Origin: an uncultured Clostridia bacterium
Lineage (GTDB): Bacteria > Bacillota > Clostridia > Oscillospirales > Ruminococcaceae
Direction of reading: 5' to 3'
Assembly: GCA_947627945.1 (NCBI GenBank)
Contig: CANQYC010000001.1
Location: forward strand, 1-51,555
Length of the DNA: 51,555 nucleotides
Shown here piece by piece: positions 17,536 to 24,368 of this stretch. The stretch's first letter is position 1, and every line of letters starts with the position of its first letter. The notes under the pieces were generated by a model that worked only from the letters and a program-made list of their open reading frames with translations, was not told where the DNA came from and did not search any database. The position numbers and the translations under genes were made by a program.

Positions 17536-19443
17536 ATGGAAGAAATGATCTCGCACTTTGCCGTCATTGTGGCTGGTATCGATGAAGAGTACCAGAACAG
17601 CGTGATTGACGGCATCGTGAGCTGTGCGAAAGCCAGCAATGCGAACATCTCCTGCTTTACGGCGTTCGGCGGTGTGATCGCAAGCAACCACTTTGACATC
17701 GGTGAGTACAACATTTATAATCTTGTGAATTATGACAAATTTGACGGCGTCATCCTGCTGACCAATACCATCAGTGATGCGGGAGAGAAAAAGAAGATCA
17801 TCCAGCGTGTCAAGGCGTCCGGCATCCCGGCAGTGTATCTTGACTGCAATGACGACCCGGAGGCGTACAATATCCGGATCGACAATACCAGAGCGATGCG
17901 TGACATCGTGCAGCATGTCATTACCAAGCACCATGCACGCACGATCAACTTCATCTCCGGTCCGCTCTCCAATCCCGAGGCACAGGACAGATACGAAGCC
18001 TTCCTGCATGTCATGGCGGAAAACAAGCTCATCGTCGATGCACGCAGGGTCTATTTCGGTGAATTCCGTGCCGTGGACGGAGAACGGGCAGTCCGTGAAC
18101 TGCTCCGCTCCGGCATGTCGATGCCGGATGCGATCATCTGTGCCAACGATGCCATGGCACTGGCGGCAATGCGCATCTTAGAGCGCAACCACTACGAAGT
18201 GCCGGAGGATGTCATTGTCACCGGTTTTGACAATACTTACAATGCAAGGCATTACTACCCGGCACTCACGACCGTGGAACGTCCGCTCTACGATGCCGGA
18301 TACAAGGCATGCGAAGTGCTGCTGAAAGTGACTGCCGGACAGCCCTGCGAAAAGGTCATCTCTTTGCAGGCAACGCCGGTATTCATGGAGAGCTGCGGCT
18401 GTAACCAAGCCGTCGCAGAGGATGTCAAAAACTACAAAAAGAGTACCTATCAGGTCATTGACAGCTGCCGTTCGGACATCTCTTTGCTCAACCGGATGAC
18501 CTCCGAGCTGGCAGAGACGGAGACGACGGAGGAAAACATCAAGGCGATCGGGGAATTCATGCACGAGATGGAGTGCGAGATCTGTGCGCTCTGCCTCTGT
18601 TCAGAGTGGAACGGTGCCTTCGGCACAAGGGCAGACGAGTACCAGATCAGCGGCTATACCAAGACGATGTATGCGCCTTTGATCTGGTCAAAGGAAGGCA
18701 TCGCCTGTGTGGACAGTTTCAACTGCAGCGATATGTTCCCGATCCCGCAGGAGGACGGCGGGCATGTCAATTTCTTCCTGCCGCTGCATTTCCGGGAGAG
18801 GTGTCTCGGCTATTACATCATCACGGACAGCGAGTTCCCGACCAAGAGCATGCTCTGCCACTCGATCATGATGAATATTTCCAATTCCATCGAAAACATC
18901 CGGAAACTGCTGCATCTCAACAGTGTCATCGAGGAGCTTGACAGACTGTATGTCATTGATCCCCTCACCGGCATCTACAACCGCAACGGCTTCATCCGGG
19001 AGGCAGATACGCTCTACCGCCGCTGTGAGGACAGCAAGGAGCTGCTGATGATCTCCTTCATCGACATGGACGGCTTGAAGCTCATCAATGACAATTTCGG
19101 ACACAAGGAAGGCGATTTTGCATTGCAGCGGCTTGCCAGCGTGATCAAGGACTGCTGCGGCAGCAGCTATATCTGTGCCCGGTTCGGCGGCGATGAATTC
19201 ATCATCCTCGGTGTCGGAACGAGTGAGGACGATGCCGCATCACTGGAACGTGCCTTTACCAAGCGGCTCGCAGATCTCAACCACATCCTGCACAAGCCCT
19301 ATGAGCTGTCCGCCAGCATAGGTTCGTTCGTATCCGGCATCGAGCCGGGTGTGACGCTGTTCAACATGATCACAAAGGCAGATCAGATGATGTATGAGAA
19401 AAAGAAGCGCAAAAAAACATCCCGCTATCTGCGGAAAGCATAA
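17536..19443 (+). CDS. diguanylate cyclase (GGDEF) with an N-terminal LacI-type ligand-binding core and no HTH
   Basis: The ATG at 17536 follows GGAGGGA. PDAIICANDAMALAAMRIL...VIVTGFDN is the LacI-family sugar-binding core. The C-terminus has DPLTGIYNRNGF and RFGGDEFII. I see no TM segments. Confidence 0.88.
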   Translation: MEEMISHFAVIVAGIDEEYQNSVIDGIVSCAKASNANISCFTAFGGVIASNHFDIGEYNIYNLVNYDKFDGVILLTNTISDAGEKKKIIQRVKASGIPAVYLDCNDDPEAYNIRIDNTRAMRDIVQHVITKHHARTINFISGPLSNPEAQDRYEAFLHVMAENKLIVDARRVYFGEFRAVDGERAVRELLRSGMSMPDAIICANDAMALAAMRILERNHYEVPEDVIVTGFDNTYNARHYYPALTTVERPLYDAGYKACEVLLKVTAGQPCEKVISLQATPVFMESCGCNQAVAEDVKNYKKSTYQVIDSCRSDISLLNRMTSELAETETTEENIKAIGEFMHEMECEICALCLCSEWNGAFGTRADEYQISGYTKTMYAPLIWSKEGIACVDSFNCSDMFPIPQEDGGHVNFFLPLHFRERCLGYYIITDSEFPTKSMLCHSIMMNISNSIENIRKLLHLNSVIEELDRLYVIDPLTGIYNRNGFIREADTLYRRCEDSKELLMISFIDMDGLKLINDNFGHKEGDFALQRLASVIKDCCGSSYICARFGGDEFIILGVGTSEDDAASLERAFTKRLADLNHILHKPYELSASIGSFVSGIEPGVTLFNMITKADQMMYEKKKRKKTSRYLRKA

Positions 19444-19448
19444 CAACA

Positions 19449-19471
19449 AGAGGGGGCGTCCAGCCCCCTCT
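19449..19471. terminator. bidirectional intrinsic terminator
   Basis: AGAGGGGGC-GTCCA-GCCCCCTCT followed by TTTATTT. It sits between convergent genes. Confidence 0.75.
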
Positions 19472-19476
19472 TTATT

Positions 19477-20244
19477 TCATGAGATCTGTTCTGCCTCATA
19501 CCATGCCCGGCTGACGACCGCCCGCTTCCATCGGCTGTAGGCAGCGGCATCCGCCGGATCCGGCTCCTGCCCGGCAGCCAGTGCGCACAGGACACGCTGC
19601 CCTGCCTGCCGTCCTCCGGATGGCAGCGGCAATGGCTCCGGCGGCTGCATTTCGCCCGCCCATGCAGTGACAGCGACCGCCGGCGGCTGCCCGTCCGCAT
19701 CTGAGATGCGGGCTTCTTCGGCAGTGAGCGGCTGTTCCTGCAAGGTGAGTTTCAGAAAGGGCGGGAGCAGCACTTCCGCCTCCTCCGCCTTGGCATATAC
19801 CGGCAGCACCTCCGCCATGGGGATGCAGGGCGTCCCTGCCGGCACCCGGTAGTGCATGAGGGCGATGCCCCGCCTGTCCCGGTAGGCATCCAAAAATCCC
19901 GCCGTGGAGGTGGAAGTGAACGAGACCGTTGCGCCCCGTTCCCGGTGCAGCAGATAATCCGAGAATCGTTCCACCCGGCAGAGATGCATCGGCTGGCTGG
20001 CTTTGCAGCAGCGGAACACAGACAGCAGCACTGCCAGAAGCCTGCAAAGGCGGTCTTGTTCCCCAAGGATCGCCGGATCCAGCCGTTTCCCCTCTGCCGC
20101 TCTGGCACGTTCTGTCATGATGCCCGGATAGAACAGTGCATTCAGCACCACATACGCTTTTGCATTCCCCCAGAAAGGATCACTGCCCGTCACATCCCCG
20201 GTATAATAGCGCAGGGCTGCCACCTGTTCATTCGTCAGTGTCAT
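19477..20244 (-). CDS. ADP-ribosyltransferase, C3/VIP2-like R-S-E type, with no signal peptide
   Basis: The N-terminus ALRYYTGD...VVLNALF, an Arg region LCRVERF, an STS motif (FTSTSTAGF) and EAEVLLPP (ExE) are present. The ATG at 20244 follows GGGAGAA and lies 17 nt inside the sortase gene. Confidence 0.8.
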   Translation of the reverse strand: MTLTNEQVAALRYYTGDVTGSDPFWGNAKAYVVLNALFYPGIMTERARAAEGKRLDPAILGEQDRLCRLLAVLLSVFRCCKASQPMHLCRVERFSDYLLHRERGATVSFTSTSTAGFLDAYRDRRGIALMHYRVPAGTPCIPMAEVLPVYAKAEEAEVLLPPFLKLTLQEQPLTAEEARISDADGQPPAVAVTAWAGEMQPPEPLPLPSGGRQAGQRVLCALAAGQEPDPADAAAYSRWKRAVVSRAWYEAEQIS

Positions 20245-21145
20245 GGCGTTTCTCCCATGCCGGTGCCGTCTGCACGGCGACCTGTGTCTCCGGGTATCCC
20301 TCGGCGGGGGCATAGCTCTCCAGATCGGTAAAGTCCCCGATACACCGGGCAAATACCACGCACCGCATCCCGTCATGGGAACCGGTATTGCACGTCTGCA
20401 AAGCAATGAGACGGTCTACCGAATCCCTCGGCGGGTCATCCTCCCCGTACCAGACGAGGGATGTGCTGCGGATATTCTCGTAGTAGGTGCGGTATTCCTC
20501 CCGGTTGAGGTCAATGTAGTTCCAGTAATCAAAGGCAGCCCCCGCTTCACCGCTGATGACATTGACCGAAAGCACCTTGTACAGATACCGGTGTTCCAGT
20601 GAAGCGACTTCTATGTAACGGTGCGCCATGCCCCATTCCTCGACCTTGTAGTTCTTGATGGCGTGCAGCATCGTGCCGTTGCCCATATTATGCCCGTATA
20701 TCAGCGCATTGTCGGTATCGTCCAGATCGCACCGCCAGTCCGCAAAGATCGCACCCGCATAGCTCGGCTGCCCCGTCCATGCATGTGTCGTATAAAATTC
20801 ATTGTTCGTGGTCTGGACGACGGGATAGTCGATCACCGTGTCCTGTATCCGCACCCAGCCGACCACATCGGAGACAGACTGGTGACAGGAGCGGACATGT
20901 GCCATGTCAATGCCGCATGTGTAGACCGGCTCGGTCTCCGGCTCCGTTTCCGGCTCCGTCGGGGGGATCCACACATGCTCCTCCCGGAGAAACTGCGGTG
21001 TGCCTGTCAACTGCTGTTCACTGGCTGCACGGGTGAACAGACTGAACCGGGATCCTGCGTAACAGAGCATCAGGCATATCGCCCCCGCCAGGACCAACAG
21101 CAGACCGGGGAGCAGCAGCCAGAGTCTTATCTGTTTTCGTGCCAT
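20228..21145 (-). CDS. srtB: class B sortase
   Basis: An N-terminal TM anchor is followed by VVGWVRIQDTVIDYPVVQ, IYGHNMGNGTMLHAIKNY and LIALQTCNTGSHDGMRCVVFA (catalytic Cys and Arg). The ATG at 21145 follows AAAGGAGGAG. Confidence 0.88.
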   Translation of the reverse strand: MARKQIRLWLLLPGLLLVLAGAICLMLCYAGSRFSLFTRAASEQQLTGTPQFLREEHVWIPPTEPETEPETEPVYTCGIDMAHVRSCHQSVSDVVGWVRIQDTVIDYPVVQTTNNEFYTTHAWTGQPSYAGAIFADWRCDLDDTDNALIYGHNMGNGTMLHAIKNYKVEEWGMAHRYIEVASLEHRYLYKVLSVNVISGEAGAAFDYWNYIDLNREEYRTYYENIRSTSLVWYGEDDPPRDSVDRLIALQTCNTGSHDGMRCVVFARCIGDFTDLESYAPAEGYPETQVAVQTAPAWEKRHDTDE

Positions 21146-21182
21146 GGGTCTCCTCCTTTCTGAGATAACTGTCCATACTATT

Positions 21183-21211
21183 ATTATACCTAAAAATTTC
21201 ATTTGCGTCAA
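21183..21211 (-). promoter_or_regulatory. sigma-A promoter of srtB (TTGACG-17-TATAAT) with an upstream A/T block
   Basis: The minus-strand sequence is GTGCTTTTTTACAAAAATCCC TTGACG caaatgaaatttttagg TATAAT. Confidence 0.6.
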
Positions 21212-21288
21212 GGGATTTTTGTAAAAAAGCACGAAAATTCATATTTCCCCGGTCAGCTCCCCCTGCGATGCAGAAAATGGACAAACAG

Positions 21289-21372
21289 GGCATCTCGGGA
21301 GCGCAGACACTGCGCCGACCTTTGCCGCCACAGGCGGCATTGGGAGGCATCTCGGGAGCGCAGACACTGCGC
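21289..21372 (+). repeat. 27-nt direct repeat (2 copies, 57-nt period), each copy containing a small hairpin
   Basis: GGCATCTCGGGAGCGCAGACACTGCGC occurs at 21289-21315 and 21346-21372. Each copy holds GCGCAG-ACA-CTGCGC. The second copy ends 2 nt before the asnS -35 box. Confidence 0.85.
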
Positions 21373-21374
21373 AC

Positions 21375-21403
21375 TTGACAAATCGCTCCGGATGTGTTAT
21401 AAT
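21375..21403 (+). promoter_or_regulatory. sigma-A promoter of asnS (TTGACA-17-TGtTATAAT)
   Basis: The consensus hexamers have 17-nt spacing. The sequence is nearly identical to the tRNA-Pro promoter at 23975-24003. Confidence 0.7.
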
Positions 21404-21434
21404 AAATCTGGTTTTTTCGGAAAGGATGGGAGTT

Positions 21435-22811
21435 ATGAAGCATACAGATATCAAAGAGATTTTCAGGGATCACGCATTCCTCGGTCAGCAGGTCACCGTC
21501 TGCGGCTGGGTGCGCACTTCCCGCAACTCCAAAACGATGGCATTTATTGCCCTCAACGACGGCACATCCCTGCCGCATTTGCAGATCGTCATTGACAAAG
21601 CCTCCGGGATCGCCTATGAAGATGCGATGCCGCTCGGGACGTCTCTGAAGGTCGTGGGGACGGTCGTAGAGGGGCAGAACGGCGGTGTGGAGATCAATGC
21701 GGAGGAGATCACTGTGCTGGGTGCCTGCCCGCCGGAGTATCCCCTGCAAAAAAAGCGGCATACGCTCGAATTTCTGCGGACAATGCCGCATCTTCGGGGC
21801 AGGACGAACCTGTTCAATGCCGTGCAGCGTGTACGCTCGATCCTTGCACAGGCGATACATGAGTATTTCCGGGAGCGGAATTTTGTGTATGTGAATACAC
21901 CGCTCATCACGGGCAGTGACTGCGAGGGCGCAGGCGAGATGTTTCAGGTCACGACCATCGGCTATGCACCGGACGGCACCTATCCGGATGCCGAGGCGTA
22001 CTATGCGGCGGATTTCTTCGGCAAGCGTGCGGGGCTTTCTGTCTCCGGTCAGCTTGAAGGCGAGGTCGCTGCCATGTCCATGGGAAAGATCTACACCTTT
22101 GGTCCCTCTTTCCGTGCAGAAAACAGCAATACCCCGAAGCATCTGGCGGAATTCTGGCACATCGAGCCGGAAGTCGCCTTTGCGGAGCTGCCGGATGTCA
22201 TGGAACTGGCAGAGGATATGGTGAAGCATGTTATCCGGGTCGTACTCGATACCTGCCCGGATGAGATGGCATTCTTTGACCAGTATGTGGAAAAGGGTCT
22301 GATCGCCCGTCTCGAAGACCTGATCTCCCATGACTTTGCGGTCTGCGACTACACAGAAGCGATCCGGCTCCTGAAAGAGTCCGGGGAGACATTCCAGTAT
22401 CCCGTGGAGTGGGGCTGTGATCTGCAAACAGAGCATGAGCGTTACATTTCCGAGAAAGTGTTCCGGCGTGCTACATTTGTGACAAATTATCCCAAGGAGA
22501 TCAAGTCTTTCTATATGAAGCTCAATCCCGACGGCAAGACGGTGGCAGCGGTGGATCTGCTGGTGCCGGGTGTCGGGGAGATCGTCGGCGGCAGCGAACG
22601 TGAAGCGGACTATGACAAGCTGGTCGCTGCCATGGAGGAGCGGGGCATGAACCTTGCGCCGTACAGCGACTATCTGGATCTGCGGCGGTACGGCTCTGTG
22701 CCGCACGGCGGCTTCGGGCTCGGTTTTGAACGGCTCATCATGTATGTGACCGGTGTTGCCAATATCCGGGACGTTATCCAGTACCCGAGAACTGCCGGTG
22801 CCATTCACTGA
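21435..22811 (+). CDS. asnS: asparagine--tRNA ligase
   Basis: 458 aa. It has an N-terminal OB-fold (VTVCGWVRTSRNSK) and class II motifs (FRAENSNTPKHLAEFWHIEPE, GGSEREADYD, HGGFGLGFERL). Confidence 0.95.
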   Translation: MKHTDIKEIFRDHAFLGQQVTVCGWVRTSRNSKTMAFIALNDGTSLPHLQIVIDKASGIAYEDAMPLGTSLKVVGTVVEGQNGGVEINAEEITVLGACPPEYPLQKKRHTLEFLRTMPHLRGRTNLFNAVQRVRSILAQAIHEYFRERNFVYVNTPLITGSDCEGAGEMFQVTTIGYAPDGTYPDAEAYYAADFFGKRAGLSVSGQLEGEVAAMSMGKIYTFGPSFRAENSNTPKHLAEFWHIEPEVAFAELPDVMELAEDMVKHVIRVVLDTCPDEMAFFDQYVEKGLIARLEDLISHDFAVCDYTEAIRLLKESGETFQYPVEWGCDLQTEHERYISEKVFRRATFVTNYPKEIKSFYMKLNPDGKTVAAVDLLVPGVGEIVGGSEREADYDKLVAAMEERGMNLAPYSDYLDLRRYGSVPHGGFGLGFERLIMYVTGVANIRDVIQYPRTAGAIH

Positions 22812-22827
22812 ACAGGAGGTTTTTAGC

Positions 22828-23841
22828 GTGTCAAGATCATTATACATTCCCGAGGGCTATGCCCCGAAGCTGGATCTGCGGGAAACGCAGCATGCGATCA
22901 AATATATCAAGGATGTATTCCAGCAGGCACTTTCCTTTGCACTGACGCTCGACCGTGTCACCGCACCGCTGATCGTGGAAAAGGGCAGCGGCATCAATGA
23001 TGATCTCAACGGCGTGGAGCGCAAGGTCGATTTTGATATCAAGGAGATCAACGGCAAGGAAGCCGAAGTGGTGCAGTCGCTTGCCAAATGGAAGCGCATG
23101 GCACTCTATCGCTACGGCTATCAGCCGGGCGAGGGCATCTATACTGATATGAATGCCATCCGCCGGGATGATGATACCGACAATCTGCATTCGATCTTTG
23201 TGGATCAGTGGGACTGGGAAAAGGTCATCACCCGCAGCGAGCGGACAAAGGACTATCTGCGGGATACCGTCCGCTCCATCGTCAAGGCGATCGTCTATAC
23301 CAAGAGAAAAGTACAGCTCCGCTACCCGGTACTGAAACAGGAGATCGTGGAGTCTCCCCTGTTCATCACATCGGAAGATCTGGCAGTGAAGTATCCGGAT
23401 CTGACACCGAGAGAGCGGGAAAATGCGATCTGCGAGGATCACGGCACCGTGTTCATCATGCAAATCGGCGGCAAAATGTCCAACGGGGAACGCCATGACG
23501 GGCGTGCGCCGGACTATGACGACTGGTCACTCAACGGTGACCTGTTTATATGGGATGAGACATTGCAGCGGGCACTGGAAGTTTCTTCCATGGGCATCCG
23601 TGTCGATGCACAGGCACTCGCAAGCCAGCTTGCCGAGGCAGGTGCCGAAGACCGTTCCCGCTTCCCGTTCCACCGGATGATCGCCGAGGATACGCTGCCG
23701 CTCACCATCGGCGGCGGCATCGGACAGTCCCGTCTTTGCATGCTCCTGCTCGAGAAAGCACACATCGGTGAGGTACAGGCATCTGTCTGGCCGGAGGAGA
23801 TGGTGCAGCAGTGCAAGGCGGCAGGGATCACGCTTCTGTAA
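22828..23841 (+). CDS. asnA: aspartate--ammonia ligase (asparagine synthetase A)
   Basis: The GTG at 22828 follows AGGAGG. LDLRETQHAIKYIKDVF, DDLNGVERKV and GGGIGQSRLCMLLL are AsnA hallmarks. Confidence 0.92.
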   Translation: MSRSLYIPEGYAPKLDLRETQHAIKYIKDVFQQALSFALTLDRVTAPLIVEKGSGINDDLNGVERKVDFDIKEINGKEAEVVQSLAKWKRMALYRYGYQPGEGIYTDMNAIRRDDDTDNLHSIFVDQWDWEKVITRSERTKDYLRDTVRSIVKAIVYTKRKVQLRYPVLKQEIVESPLFITSEDLAVKYPDLTPRERENAICEDHGTVFIMQIGGKMSNGERHDGRAPDYDDWSLNGDLFIWDETLQRALEVSSMGIRVDAQALASQLAEAGAEDRSRFPFHRMIAEDTLPLTIGGGIGQSRLCMLLLEKAHIGEVQASVWPEEMVQQCKAAGITLL

Positions 23842-23877
23842 TGCGTCAGATAAGCCATATCTGCGCATCGTTGTGAT

Positions 23878-23909
23878 GCAGGGGGCAGCGTCCCCCTGCG
23901 CCTGTTTTC
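23878..23909 (+). terminator. intrinsic terminator after asnA
   Basis: GCAGGGGG-CAGCGT-CCCCCTGC followed by GCCTGTTTTCT. Confidence 0.6.
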
Positions 23910-23974
23910 TGCCCATATACATCCACTTGTCAATATATGGCAGCAAAGCCCTCGATTTTTTTGTAAAAAAACAC

Positions 23975-24003
23975 TTGACAAACGCATCCGGATGTGTTAT
24001 AAT
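23975..24003 (+). promoter_or_regulatory. sigma-A promoter of tRNA-Pro (TTGACA-17-TGtTATAAT) with an upstream A/T block
   Basis: GATTTTTTTGTAAAAAAACAC comes immediately before TTGACA. The -10 box is at 23998-24003. Confidence 0.7.
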
Positions 24004-24039
24004 GAAATACGGTGGGTCGCCACCATACCCCATAAAGAT

Positions 24040-24112
24040 CTGGGTGTGGCGCAGTTGGTAGCGCGCTACCTTGGGGTGGTAGAGGCCGTGGGTTCAAGTC
24101 CCGTCACTCAGA
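24040..24112 (+). tRNA. tRNA-Pro (anticodon GGG)
   Basis: Hand-folded cloverleaf of 73 nt. The acceptor is CTGGGTG/CACTCAG (one G-U pair), the D arm GCGC-AGTTGGTA-GCGC and the anticodon arm CTACC-TTGGGGT-GGTAG. The T arm is GTGGG-TTCAAGT-CCCGT. It has a C1-G72 pair and G37. No CCA is encoded. Confidence 0.9.
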
Positions 24113-24132
24113 TCGTGTTATGATACACAGAG

Positions 24133-24159
24133 AAAAAGACCGCTTGCCGGTCTTTTTTT
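24133..24159 (+). terminator. intrinsic terminator after the tRNA
   Basis: AAAAAGACCG-CTTGC-CGGTCTTTTT plus a T-run. Confidence 0.8.
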
Positions 24160-24303
24160 CTTGCCAAAATGCTGTTTTTTGCGTTCCGTTTTCATCGCAG
24201 AGATGTTACGCAGAGTAGAGTTTTATCAGGATACTACAACAAATATCCACTGTTTTTGTGCAACACTACCAATGCATTGTGAATTTTTTGTTAAGTATGC
24301 CAG

Positions 24304-24332
24304 TTGCAATGTATGGGAAAAAATGCTATAAT
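24304..24332 (+). promoter_or_regulatory. sigma-A promoter of the pectate lyase gene (TTGCAA-17-TGcTATAAT)
   Basis: The hexamers are at 24304-24309 and 24327-24332, with an extended -10 TG. Confidence 0.55.
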
Positions 24333-24368
24333 GAAATCATATAAGACAGAAAAGGGGGTCCATCTCAA

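Noticed and set aside
19540-19640. LPLPSGG near the C-terminus of the ADP-ribosyltransferase as a sortase sorting signal
   Set aside because: It is not followed by a hydrophobic TM segment and a positively charged tail, and the protein has no signal peptide. It does not fit a sortase substrate.
21289-21372. Possible CRISPR-like array (27-nt repeats with a 30-nt spacer)
   Set aside because: There are only two copies, no cas genes are in the window, and the repeat sits in a promoter region. It is treated as a direct repeat or operator candidate instead.
21404-21434. T-box leader upstream of asnS
   Set aside because: Only about 30 nt separate the -10 box from the start codon. That is far too short for a T-box, which needs roughly 200 nt with a specifier loop and an antiterminator.
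21018-22847. 609-aa ORF on the minus strand, the longest ORF in this region
   Set aside because: It lies entirely antisense to asnS, which has unambiguous class II aaRS motifs. Its translation is Arg/His/Gly-rich low-information sequence typical of shadow ORFs in GC-rich coding DNA.
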